Source of the DNA: Eledone cirrhosa | Lineage: Eukaryota | Direction of reading: 5' to 3' | Length of the DNA: 64,000 bases | Assembly (NCBI GenBank): GCA_964016885.1 | Contig: OZ024741.1 | Span: forward strand, 6,138,001 to 6,202,000 | Shown: positions 50,301 to 64,000 of the stretch, in pieces | Layout: every line of letters begins with the position of its first letter | Position numbering within the stretch: position 1 is the stretch's first letter | Notes under the pieces: generated by a model | Databases searched by the model: none | What the model saw: only the letters and a program-made list of their open reading frames with translations | Told to the model about the DNA's origin: nothing | Translations under genes and position numbers: made by a program

Positions 50301-53300
50301 ACATGTATAAAGGTATTCTGTAGCTGACAGATATAAAGGTATTCTGTACCTGACAGGTATAAATTATTCTGTACCTGACAAGTATAAAGGTATTCTGTAC
50401 CTGACAGGTATAAAGGTATTCTGTACCTGACAGGTATAAAGGTATTCTGTACCCGACAGGTATAAAGGTATTCTGTCCCTGACAGATAAAAAGGTATTCT
50501 GTACCTGACAGATGTAAAGGTATTCTTTACCTGACAGGTATAAAGGTATTCTGTACTTGACAGATGTAAAGGTATTCTGTTCCTGACAGATGTAAAGTTA
50601 TTCTGTACCTGACAGATATAAAGGTATTCTGTACCTGACAGATGTAAAGGTATTCTGTACCTGACAGGTATAAAGGTATTCTGTACCTGACAGATGTAAA
50701 GGTATTCTGTTCCTGACAGGTATAAAGGTATTCTGTACCTGACAGATGTAAAGGTATTCTGTACCTGACAGGTATAAAGGTATTCTGTTCCTGACAGATG
50801 TAAAGGTATTCTGTTCCTGACAGATGTAAAGGTATTCTGTACCTGACAGGTATAAAGGTATTCTGTACCTGACAGGTATAAAGGTATTCTGTTCCTGACA
50901 GATGTAAAGGTATTCTGTACCTGACCGATGTAAAGGTATTCTGTACCTGACAGGTATATAGGTATTCTGTACCTGACAGGTATAAAGGTATTCTATACCT
51001 GACAGGTATAAAGGTATTCTGTACCTGACAGGTATAAAGGTATTCTGTACCTGAGAGATATAAAGGTATTCTGTACCGGACAGATGTAAAGGTATTCTGT
51101 ACCGGACAGATGTAAAGGTATTCTGTACCTGACAGATGTAAAGGTATTCTGTACCTGACAGATGTAAAGGTATTCTGTACCTGACAGATGTAAAGGTATT
51201 CTGTACCTGACAGGTATAAAGGTATTCTGTACCCGACAGGTATAAAGGTATTCTGTCCCTGACAGATAAAAAGGTATTCTGTACCTGACAGATGTAAAGG
51301 TATTCTTTACCTGACAGGTATAAAGGTATTCTGTACCTAACAGATATAAAGGTATTCTGTTCCTGACAGATGTAAAGGTATTCTGTACCTGACAGATGTA
51401 AAGGTATTCTGTACCTGACAGATGTAAAGGTATTCTGTACCTGACAGGTATAAAGGTATTCTGTACCGGACAGATGTAAAGGTATTCTGTACCTGACAGA
51501 TGTAAAGGTATTCTGTTCCTGACAGGTATAAAGGTATTCTGTACCTGACAGATGTAAAGGTATTCTGTACCTGACAGATATAAAGTATTCTGTTCCTGAC
51601 ATGTATAAAGGTATTCTGTACCTGACAGGTATAAAGGTATTCTGTACCTGACAGGTATAAAGGTATTCTGTTTCTGACAGGTATAGAGGTATTCTGTACC
51701 TGACAGGTATAAAGGTATTCTGTACCTGACAGGTATAAAGGTATTCTGTACCTGACAGATGTAAAGGTATTCTGTTCCTGACAGGTATAAAGGTATTCTG
51801 TACCTGACAGATGTAAAGGTATTCTGTACCTGACAGGTATAAAGGTATTCTGTTCCTGACAGATGTAAAGGTATTCTGTTCCTGACAGATGTAAAGGTAT
51901 TCTGTACCTGACAGCTATAAAGGTATTCTGTACCTGACAGGTATAAAGGTATTCTGTTCCTGACAGATGTAAAGGTATTCTGTACCTGACAGATGTAAAG
52001 GTATTCTGTACCTGACAGGTATATAGGTATTCTGTACCTGACAGGTATAAAGGTATTCTGTACCTGACAGGTATAAAGGTATTCTGTACCTGACAGGTAT
52101 AAAGGTATTCTGTACCTGAGAGATATAAAGGTATTCTGTACCGGACAGATGTAAAGGTATTCTGTACCTGACAGATGTAAAGGTATTCTGTACCTGACAG
52201 ATGTAAAGGTATTCTGTACCTGACAGATGTAAAGGTATTCTGTACCTGACAGGTATAAAGGTATTCTGTACCCGACAGGTATAAAGGTATTCTGTCCCTG
52301 ACAGATAAAAAGGTATTCTGTACCTGACAGATGTAAAGGTATTCTTTACCTGACAGGTATAAAGGTATTCTGTACCTGACAGATATAAAGGTATTCTGTT
52401 CCTGACAGATGTAAAGGTATTCTGTACCTGACAGATGTAAAGGTATTCTGTACCTGACAGATGTAAAGGTATTCTGTACCTGACAGGTATAAAGGTATAC
52501 TGTACCTGACAGGTATAAAGCTATTCTGTAGCTGACAGATGTAAAGGTATTCTGTACCTGACAGGTATAAAGGTATTCTGTACCTGACAGGTATAAAGGT
52601 ATTCTGTTCCTTACAGGTATAAAGGTATTCTGTACCTGACAGATGTAAAGGTATTCTGTTCCTGACAGATGTAAAGGTATTCTGTACCTGACAGGTATAA
52701 AGGTATTCTGTACCTGACAGGTATAAAGGTATTCTGTTCCTGACAGATGTAAAGGTATTCTGTACCTAACAGATGTAAAGGTATTCTGTACCTGACAGGT
52801 ATAAAGGTATTCTGTTCCTGACAAGTATAAAGGTATTCTGTTCCTGACAGATTTAAAGGTATTCTGTTCCTGACAGATGTAAAGGTATTCTGTACCTGAC
52901 AGGTATAAAGTATTCTGTACCTGACAGGTATAAAGGTATTCTGTTCCTGACAGATGTAAAGGTATTCTGTACCTGACAGATGTAAAGGTATTCTGTACCT
53001 GACAGGTATAAAGGTATTCTGTACCTGACAGGTATAAAGGTATTCTGTTTCTGACAGGTATAGAGGTATTCTGTACCTGACAGGTATAAAGGTATTCTGT
53101 ACCTGACAGGTATAAAGGTATTCTGTACCTGACAGATATATAGGTATTCTGTTCCTGACATGTATAAAGGTATTCTGTACCTGACATATATAAAGGTATT
53201 CTGTACCTGACAGGTATAAATTATTCTGTACCTGACAGGTATAAAGGTATTCTGTACCTGACAGGTATAAAGGTATTCTGTACCTGACAGGTATAAAGGT

Positions 53301-56300
53301 ATTCTGTACCTGACAGGTATAAAGGTATTCTGTACCTGAGAGATATAAAGGTATTCTGTACCGGACAGGTATAAAGGTATTCCGTACCTGACAGGTATAA
53401 AGGTATTCTGTACCTGACATGTATAAAGGTATTCTGTACCTGACAGATATAAAGGTATTCTGTTCCTGACATGTATAAAGGTATTCTGTACCTGACAGAT
53501 ATAAAGGTATTCTGTACCTGACAGGTATAAATTATTCTGTACCTGACAGGTATAAAGGTATTCTGTTCCTGACAGATGTAAAGGTATTCTGTTCCTGACA
53601 GATGTAAAGGTATTCTGTACCTGACAGGTATAAAGGTATTCTGTACCTGACAGGTATAAAGGCATTCTGATACTGACAGATGTAAAGGTATTCTGTACCT
53701 GACAGATGTAAAGGTATTCTGTACCTGACAGGTATAAAGGTATACTGTACCTGACAGGTATAAAGGTATTCTGTTTCTGACAGGTATAGAGGTATTCTGT
53801 ACCTGACAGGTATAAAGGTATTCTGTACCTGACAGGTATAAAGGTATTCTGTACCTGACAGATATAAAGGTATTCTGTTCCTGACATGTATAAAGGTATT
53901 CTGTAGCTGACAGATATAAAGGTATTCTGTACCTGACAGGTATAAATTATTCTGTACCTGACAGGTATAAAGGTATTCTGTACCTGACAGGTATAAAGGT
54001 ATTCTGTACCTGACAGGTATAAAGGTATTCTGTACCCGACAGGTATAAAGGTATTCTGTCCCTGACAGATAAAAAGGTATTCTGTACCTGACAGATGTAA
54101 AGGTATTCTTTACCTGACAGGTATAAAGGTATTCTGTACTTGACAGATGTAAAGGTATTCTGTTCCTGACAGATGTAAAGTTATTCTGTACCTGACAGAT
54201 ATAAAGGTATTCTGTACCTGACAGATGTAAAGGTATTCTGTACCTGACAGGTATAAAGGTATTCTGTACCTGACAGATGTAAAGGTATTCTGTTCCTGAC
54301 AGGTATAAAGGTATTCTGTACCTGACAGATGTAAAGGTATTCTGTACCTGACAGGTATAAAAGTATTCTGTTCCTGACAGATGTAAAGGTATTCTGTTCC
54401 TGACAGATGTAAAGGTATTCTGTACCTGACAGGTATAAAGGTATTCTGTACCTGACAGGTATAAAGGTATTCTGTTCCTGACAGATGTAAAGGTATTCTG
54501 TACCTGACCGATGTAAAGGTATTCTGTACCTGACAGGTATATAGGTATTCTGTACCTGACAGGTATAAAGGTATTCTATACCTGACAGGTATAAAGGTAT
54601 TCTGTACCTGACAGGTATAAAGGTATTCTGTACCTGAGAGATATAAAGGTATTCTGTACCGGACAGATGTAAAGGTATTCTGTACCGGACAGATGTAAAG
54701 GTATTCTGTACCTGACAGATGTAAAGGTATTCTGTACCTGACAGATGTAAAGGTATTCTGTACCTGACAGATGTAAAGGTATTCTGTACCTGACAGGTAT
54801 AAAGGTATTCTGTACCCGACAGGTATAAAGGTATTCTGTCCCTGACAGATAAAAAGGTATTCTGTACCTGACAGATGTAAAGGTATTCTTTACCTGACAG
54901 GTATAAAGGTATTCTGTACCTGACAGATATAAAGGTATTCTGTTCCTGACAGATGTAAAGGTATTCTGTACCTGACAGATGTAAAGGTATTCTGTACCTG
55001 ACAGATGTAAAGGTATTCTGTACCTGACAGGTATAAAGGTATTCTGTACCGGACAGATGTAAAGGTATTCTGTACCTGACAGATGTAAAGGTATTCTGTT
55101 CCTGACAGGTATAAAGGTATTCTGTACCTGACAGATGTAAAGGTATTCTGTACCTGACAGGTATAAAGGTATTCTGTTCCTGACAGATGTAAAGGTATTC
55201 TGTTCCTGACAGATGTAAAGGTATTCTGTACCTGACAGGTATAAAGGTATTCTGTACCTGACAGGTATAAAGGTATTCTGTTCCTGACAGATGTAAAGGT
55301 ATTCTGTACCTGACAGATGTAAAGGTATTCTGTACCTGACAGGTATATAGGTATTCTGTACCTGACAGGTATAAAGGTATTCTGTACCTGACAGGTATAA
55401 AGGTATTCTGTACCTGACAGGTATAAAGGTATTCTGTACCTGAGAGATATAAAGGGATTCTGTACCGGAGAGATGTAAAGGTATTCTGTACCTGACAGAT
55501 GTAAAGGTATTCTGTACCTGACAGATGTAAAGGTATTCTGTACCTGACAGATGTAAAGGTATTCTGTACCTGACAGGTATAAAGGTATTCTGTACCCGAC
55601 AGGTATAAAGGTATTCTGTCCCTGACAGATAAAAAGGTATTCTGTACCTGACAGATGTAAAGGTATTCTTTACCTGACAGGTATAAAGGTATTCTGTACC
55701 TGACAGATATAAAGGTATTCTGTTCCTGACAGATGTAAAGGTATTCTGTACCTGACAGATGTAAAGGTATTCTGTACCTGACAGATGTAAAGGTATTCTG
55801 TACCTGACAGGTATAAAGGTATTCTGTACCTGACAGGTATAAAGGTATTCTGTTTCTGACAGGTATAGAGGTATTCTGTACCTGACAGGTATAAAGGTAT
55901 TCTGTACCTGACAGGTATAAAGGTATTCTGTACCTGACAGATATAAAGGTATTCTGTTCCTGACATGTATAAAGGTATTCTGTAGCTGACAGATATAAAG
56001 GTATTCTGTACCTGACAGGTATAAATTATTCTGTACCTGACAGGTATAAAGGTATTCTGTACCTGACAGGTATAAAGGTATTCTGTACCTGACAGGTATA
56101 AAGGTATTCTGTACCCGACAGGTATAAAGGTATTCTGTCCCTGACAGATAAAAAGGTATTCTGTACCTGACAGATGTAAAGGTATTCTGTACCTGACAGG
56201 TATAAAGGTATTCTGTACCTGACAGGTATAAAGGTATTCTGTTTCTGACAGGTATAGAGGTATTCTGTACCTGACAGGTATAAAGGTATTCTGTACCTGA

Positions 56301-59300
56301 CAGGTATAAAGGTATTCTGTACCTGACAGATATAAAGGTATTCTGTTCCTGACATGTATAAAGGTATTCTGTACTTGACAGATGTAAAGGTATTCTGTTC
56401 CTGACAGATGTAAAGTTATTCTGTACCTGACAGATATAAAGGTATTCTGTACCTGACAGATGTAAAGGTATTCTGTACCTGACAGGTATAAAGGTATTCT
56501 GTACCTGACAGATGTAAAGGTATTCTGTTCCTGACAGGTATAAAGGTATTCTGTACCTGACAGATGTAAAGGTATTCTGTACCTGACAGGTATAAAGGTA
56601 TTCTGTTCCTGACAGATGTAAAGGTATTCTGTTCCTGACAGATGTAAAGGTATTCTGTACCTGACAGGTATAAAGGTATTCTGTACCTGACAGGTATAAA
56701 GGTATTCTGTTCCTGACAGATGTAAAGGTATTCTGTACCTGACCGATGTAAAGGTATTCTGTACCTGACAGGTATATAGGTATTCTGTACCTGACAGGTA
56801 TAAAGGTATTCTATACCTGACAGGTATAAAGGTATTCTGTACCTGACAGGTATAAAGGTATTCTGTACCTGAGAGATATAAAGGTATTCTGTACCAGACA
56901 GATGTAAAGGTATTCTGTACCGGACAGATGTAAAGGTATTCTGTACCTGACAGATGTAAAGGTATTCTGTACCTGACAGATGTAAAGGTATTCTGTACCT
57001 GACAGATGTAAAGGTATTCTGTACCTGACAGGTATAAAGGTATTCTGTACCCGACAGGTATAAAGGTATTCTGTCCCTGACAGATAAAAAGGTATTCTGT
57101 ACCTGACAGATGTAAAGGTATTCTTTACCTGACAGGTATAAAGGTATTCTGTACCTAACAGATATAAAGGTATTCTGTTCCTGACAGATGTAAAGGTATT
57201 CTGTACCTGACAGATGTAAAGGTATTCTGTACCTGACAGATGTAAAGGTATTCTGTACCTGACAGGTATAAAGGTATTCTGTACCGGACAGATGTAAAGG
57301 TATTCTGTACCTGACAGATGTAAAGGTATTCTGTTCCTGACAGGTATAAAGGTATTCTGTACCTGACAGATGTAAAGGTATTCTGTACCTGACAGGTATA
57401 AAGGTATTCTGTTCCTGACAGATGTAAAGGTATTCTGTTCCTGACAGATGTAAAGGTATTCTGTACCTGACAGGTATAAAGGTATTCTGTACCTGACAGG
57501 TATAAAGGTATTCTGTTCCTGACAGATGTAAAGGTATTCTGTTCCTGACAGGTATAAAGGTATTCTGTACCTGACAGATGTAAAGGTATTCTGTACCTGA
57601 CAGGTATAAAGGTATTCTGTTCCTGACAGATGTAAAGGTATTCTGTACCTGACAGGTATAAAGGTATTCTGTTCCTGACAGATGTAAAGGTATTCTGTTC
57701 CTGACAGATGTAAAGGTATTCTGTACCTGACAGGTATAAAGGTATTCTGTACCGGACAGATGTAAAGGTATTCTGTACCTGACAGATGTAAAGGTATTCT
57801 GTTCCTGACAGGTATAAAGGTATTCTGTACCTGACAGATGTAAAGGTATTCTGTACCTGACAGGTATAAAGGTATTCTGTTCCTGACAGATGTAAAGGTA
57901 TTCTGTTCCTGACAGATGTAAAGGTATTCTGTACCTGACAGGTATAAAGGTATTCTGTACCTGACAGGTATAAAGGTATTCTGTTCCTGACAGATGTAAA
58001 GGTATTCTGTACCTGACAGATGTAAAGGTATTCTGTACCTGACAGGTATATAGGTATTCTGTACCTGACAGGTATAAAGGTATTCTGTACCTGACAGGTA
58101 TAAAGGTATTCTGTACCTGACAGGTATAAAGGTATTCTGTACCTGAGAGATATAAAGGTATTCTGTACCGGACAGATGTAAAGGTATTCTGTACCTGACA
58201 GATGTAAAGGTATTCTGTACCTGACAGATGTAAAGGTATTCTGTACCTGACAGATGTAAAGGTATTCTGTACCTGACAGGTATAAAGGTATTCTGTACCC
58301 GACAGGTATAAAGGTATTCTGTCCCTGACAGATAAAAAGGTATTCTGTACCTGACAGATGTAAAGGTATTCTTTACCTGACAGGTATAAAGGTATTCTGT
58401 ACCTGACAGATATAAAGGTATTCTGTTCCTGACAGATGTAAAGGTATTCTGTACCTGACAGATGTAAAGGTATTCTGTACCTGACAGATGTAAAGGTATT
58501 CTGTACCTGACAGGTATAAAGGTATTCTGTACCTGACAGGTATAAAGGTATTCTGTTTCTGACAGGTATAGAGGTATTCTGTACCTGACAGGTATAAAGG
58601 TATTCTGTACCTGACAGGTATAAAGGTATTCTGTACCTGACAGATATAAAGGTATTCTGTTCCTGACATGTATAAAGGTATTCTGTAGCTGACAGATATA
58701 AAGGTATTCTGTACCTGACAGGTATAAATTATTCTGTACCTGACAGGTATAAAGGTATTCTGTACCTGACAGGTATAAAGGTATTCTGTACCTGACAGGT
58801 ATAAAGGTATTCTGTACCCGACAGGTATAAAGGTATTCTGTCCCTGACAGATAAAAAGGTATTCTGTACCTGACAGATGTAAAGGTATTCTTTACCTGAC
58901 AGGTATAAAGGTATTCTGTACTTGACAGATGTAAAGGTATTCTGTTCCTGACAGATGTAAAGTTATTCTGTACCTGACAGATATAAAGGTATTCTGTACC
59001 TGACAGATGTAAAGGTATTCTGTACCTGACAGGTATAAAGGTATTCTGTACCTGACAGATGTAAAGGTATTCTGTTCCTGACAGGTATAAAGGTATTCTG
59101 TACCTGACAGATGTAAAGGTATTCTGTACCTGACAGGTATAAAGGTATTCTGTTCCTGACAGATGTAAAGGTATTCTGTTCCTGACAGATGTAAAGGTAT
59201 TCTGTACCTGACAGGTATAAAGGTATTCTGTACCTGACAGGTATAAAGGTATTCTGTTCCTGACAGATGTAAAGGTATTCTGTACCTGACCGATGTAAAG

Positions 59301-62300
59301 GTATTCTGTACCTGACAGGTATATAGGTATTCTGTACCTGACAGGTATAAAGGTATTCTATACCTGACAGGTATAAAGGTATTCTGTACCTGACAGGTAT
59401 AAAGGTATTCTGTACCTGAGAGATATAAAGGTATTCTGTACCGGACAGATGTAAAGGTATTCTGTACCGGACAGATGTAAAGGTATTCTGTACCTGACAG
59501 ATGTAAAGGTATTCTGTACCTGACAGATGTAAAGGTATTCTGTACCTGACAGATGTAAAGGTATTCTGTACCTGACAGGTATAAAGGTATTCTGTACCCG
59601 ACAGGTATAAAGGTATTCTGTCCCTGACAGATAAAAAGGTATTCTGTACCTGACAGATGTAAAGGTATTCTTTACCTGACAGGTATAAAGGTATTCTGTA
59701 CCTGACAGATATAAAGGTATTCTGTTCCTGACAGATGTAAAGGTATTCTGTACCTGACAGATGTAAAGGTATTCTGTACCTGACAGATGTAAAGGTATTC
59801 TGTACCTGACAGGTATAAAGGTATTCTGTACCGGACAGATGTAAAGGTATTCTGTACCTGACAGATGTAAAGGTATTCTGTTCCTGACAGGTATAATGGT
59901 ATTCTGTACCTGACAGATGTAAAGGTATTCTGTACCTGACAGGTATAAAGGTATTCTGTTCCTGACAGATGTAAAGGTATTCTGTTCCTGAGAGATGTAA
60001 AGGTATTCTGTACCTGACAGGTATAAAGGTATTCTGTACCTGACAGGTATAAAGGTATTCTGTTCCTGACAGATGTAAAGGTATTCTGTACCTGACAGAT
60101 GTAAAGGTATTCTGTACCTGACAGGTATATAGGTATTCTGTACCTGACAGGTATAAAGGTATTCTGTACCTGACAGGTATAAAGGTATTCTGTACCTGAC
60201 AGGTATAAAGGTATTCTGTACCTGAGAGATATAAAGGTATTCTGTACCGGACAGATGTAAAGGTATTCTGTACCTGACAGATGTAAAGGTATTCTGTACC
60301 TGACAGATGTAAAGGTATTCTGTACCTGACAGATGTAAAGGTATTCTGTACCTGACAGGTATAAAGGTATTCTGTACCCGACAGGTATAAAGGTATTCTG
60401 TCCCTGACAGATAAAAAGGTATTCTGTACCTGACAGATGTAAAGGTATTCTTTACCTGACAGGTATAAAGGTATTCTGTACCTGACAGATATAAAGGTAT
60501 TCTGTTCCTGACAGATGTAAAGGTATTCTGTACCTGACAGATGTAAAGGTATTCTGTACCTGACAGATGTAAAGGTATTCTGTACCTAACAGGTATAAAG
60601 GTATACTGTACCTGACAGGTATAAAGGTATTCTGTAGCTGACAGATGTAAAGGTATTCTGTACCTGACAGGTATAAAGGTATTCTGTTCCTTACAGGTAT
60701 AAAGGTATTCTGTACCTGACAGATGTAAAGGTATTCTGTTCCTGACAGATGTAAAGGTATTCTGTACCTGACAGGTATAAAGGTATTCTGTACCTGACAG
60801 GTATAAAGGTATTCTGTTCCTGACAGATGTAAAGGTATTCTGTACCTAACAGATGTAAAGGTATTCTGTACCTGACAGGTATAAAGGTATTCTGTTCCTG
60901 ACAAGTATAAAGGTATTTTGTTTCTGACAGGTATAAAGATATTCTGTTCCTGACAGGTATAAAGTTATTCTGTACCTGACAGGTATAAAGGCATTCTGTA
61001 CCTGACAGGAATGAAGGTATTCTGTTCCTGACAGTTGTAAAGGTATTCTGTTCCTGACAGATGTAAAGGTATTCTGTACCTGACAGGTATAAAGGTATTC
61101 TGTTCCTGACAGATTTAAAGGTATTCTGTTCCTGACAGATGTAAAGGTATTCTGTACCTGACAGGTATAAAGGTATTCTGTACCTGACAGGTATAAAGGT
61201 ATTCTGTTCCTGACAGATGTAAAGGTATTCTGTACCTGACAGATGTAAAGGTATTCTGTACCTGACAGGTATAAAGGTATTCTGTACCTGACAGGTATAA
61301 AGGTATTCTGTTTCTGACAGGTATAGAGGTATTCTGTACCTGACAGGTATAAAGGTATTCTGTACCTGACAGGTATAAAGGTATTCTGTACCTGACAGAT
61401 ATATAGGTATTCTGTTCCTGACATGTATAAAGGTATTCTGTACCTGACATATATAAAGGTATTCTGTACCTGACAGGTATAAATTATTCTGTACCTGACA
61501 GGTATAAAGGTATTCTGTACCTGACAGGTATAAAGGTATTCTGTACCTGACAGGTATAAAGGTATTCTGTACCTGACAGGTATAAAGGTATTCTGTACCT
61601 GAGAGATATAAATGTATTCTGTACCGGACAGGTATAAAGGTATTCCGTACCTGACAGGTATAAAGGTATTCTGTACCTGACATGTATAAAGGTATTCTGT
61701 ACCTGACAGATATAAAGGTATTCTGTTCCTGACATGTATAAAGGTATTCTGTACCTGACAGATATAAAGGTATTCTTCTACCTGACAGGTATAAATTATT
61801 CTGTACCTGACAGGTATAAAGGTATTCTGTTCCTGACAGATGTAAAGGTATTCTGTTCCTGACAGATGTAAAGGTATTCTGTACCTGACAGGTATAAAGG
61901 TATTCTGTACCTGACAGGTATAAAGGCATTCTGTTCCTGACAGATGTAAAGGTATTCTGTACCTGACAGATGTAAAGGTATTCTGTACCTGACAGGTATA
62001 AAGGTATTCTGTACCTGACAGGTATAAAGGTATTCTGTTTCTGACAGGTATAGAGGTATTCTGTACCTGACAGGTATAAAGGTATTCTGTACCTGACAGG
62101 TATAAAGGTATTCTGTACCTGACAGATATAAAGGTATTCTGTTCCTGACATGTATAAAGGTATTCTGTAGCTGACAGATATAAAGGTATTCTGTACCTGA
62201 CAGTTATAAATTATTCTGTACCTGACAGGTATAAAGGTATTCTGTACCTGACAGGTATAGAGGTATTCTGTACCTGACAGGTATAAAGGTATTCTGTACC

Positions 62301-64000
62301 CGACAGGTATAAAGGTATTCTGTCCCTGACACATAAAAAGGTATTCTGTACCTGACAGATGTAAAGGTATTCTTTACCTGACAGGTATAAAGGTATTCTG
62401 TACCTGACAGATGTAAAGGTATTCTGTTCCTGACAGATGTAAAGTTATTCTGTACCTGACAGATATAAAGGTATTCTGTACCTGACAGATGTAAAGGTAT
62501 TCTGTTCCTGACAGATGTAAAGGTATTCTGTACCTGACAGGTATAAAGGTATTCTGTACCTGACAGGTATAAAGGTATTCTGTTCCTGACAGATGTAAAG
62601 GTATTCTGTACCTGACAGATGTAAAGGTATTCTGTACCTGACAGGTATATAGGTATTCTGTACCTGACAGGTATAAAGGTATTCTATACCTGACAGGTAT
62701 AAAGGTATTCTGTACCTGACAGGTATAAAGGTATTCTGTACCTGAGAGATATAAAGGTATTCTGTACCGGACAGATGTAAAGGTATTCTGTACCTGACAG
62801 ATGTAAAGGTACTCTGTACCTGACAGATGTAAAGGTATTCTGTACCTGACAGATGTAAAGGTATTCTGTACCTGACAGGTATAAAGGTATTCTGTACCCG
62901 ACAGGTATAAAGGTATTCTGTCCCTGACAGATAAAAAGGTATTCTGTACCTGACAGATGTAAAGGTATTCTTTACCTGACAGGTATAAAGGTATTCTGTA
63001 CCTGACAGATATAAAGGTATTCTGTTCCTGACAGATGTAAAGGTATTCTGTACCTAACAGATGTAAAGGTATTCTGTACCTGACAGGTATAAAGGTATAC
63101 TGTACCTGACAGGTATAAAGGTATTCTGTAGCTGACAGATGTAAAGGTATTCTGTACCTGACAGGTATAAAGGTATTCTGTACCTGACAGGTATAAAGGT
63201 ATTCTGTTCCTTACAGGTATAAAGGTATTCTGTACCTGACAGATGTAAAGGTATTCTGTACCTGACAGGTATAAAGGTATTCTGTTTCTGACAGGTATAG
63301 AGGTATTCTGTACCTGACAGGTATAAAGGTATTCTGTACCTGACAGGTATAAAGGTATTCTGTACCTGACAGATATATAGGTATTCTGTTCCTGACATGT
63401 ATAAACGTATTCTGTACCTGACATATATAAAGGTATTCTGTACCTGACAGGTATAAATTATTCTGTACCTGACAGGTATAAAGGTATTCTGTACCTGACA
63501 GGTATAAAGGTATTCTGTACCTGACAGGTATAAAGGTATTCTGTACCTGACAGGTATAAAGGTATTCTGTACCTGAGAGATATAAAGGTATTCTGTACCG
63601 GACAGGTATAGAGGTATTCTGTACCTGACAGGTATAAAGGTATTCTGTACCTGACAGGTATAAAGGTATTCTGTACCTGACAGATATATAGGTATTCTGT
63701 TCCTGACATGTATAAAGGTATTCTGTACCTGACATATATAAAGGTATTCTGTACCTGACAGGTATAAATTATTCTGTACCTGACAGGTATAAAGGTATTC
63801 TGTACCTGACAGGTATAAAGGTATTCTGTACCTGACAGGTATAAAGGTATTCTGTACCTGATAGGTATAAAGGTATTCTGTACCTGAGAGATATAAAGGT
63901 ATTCTGTACCGGACAGGTATAAAGGTATTCCGTACCTGACAGGTATAAAGGTATTCTGTACCTGACATGTATAAAGGTATTCTGTACCTGACAGATATAA
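26381..64000. repeat. 26-bp satellite, about 1,450 units, consensus AAAGGTATTCTGT(A/T)CCTGACAG(GTAT/ATGT/ATAT); runs off the window end
   Basis: Unit read directly and uninterrupted for 37.6 kb. The minus-strand ORFs (26-aa period = 3 units) are stop-free readings. Confidence 0.99.

Noticed and set aside
26338-63968. Dozens of long minus-strand ORFs (SGTEYLYTCQVQNTFIPVRYRIPLYL repeats)
   Set aside because: The 26-bp monomer has no minus-strand stop, so all three frames give the same peptide, broken at random by point changes and indels. There is no coding signature.
1-64000. Common origin of the 34-, 33- and 26-bp repeats
   Set aside because: They share only short words (TACC, CTGTACC, CAGGT); no alignment is visible.

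Overview
Eukaryotic, repeat-saturated window with no intact cellular gene; the repeat repertoire looks cephalopod/mollusc-like (inference only). Layout: a 34-bp minisatellite (1-9569), a 33-bp minisatellite (10322-11494), a ~15-kb transposon mosaic (11.5-26.4 kb) and a >37-kb 26-bp satellite with kilobase-scale higher-order duplications (26381-64000). Nearly all long ORFs in the track are stop-free readings of these tandem repeats. The mosaic holds 5'-truncated RTE-clade LINEs of two subfamilies (one with a PHD finger inside the RT), two tRNA-derived SINE families, a deleted DD37D/maT transposon, and a Penelope-like GIY-YIG fragment forming a ~1.6-kb inverted repeat. Two structures stand out. 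(1) A conserved 53-bp direct repeat with a CTAGATCTAG palindrome occurs eight times in one orientation, each copy bounded by (TA)n and separated by different TE-derived segments, giving a repeat-spacer-like array. (2) Seven minimal type I hammerhead ribozyme motifs from six unrelated sequence contexts lie in short TA-flanked inserts or the Penelope terminal repeat; three contexts share a U.U pair at the base of stem II. All calls were made by eye, and TE boundaries are approximate.
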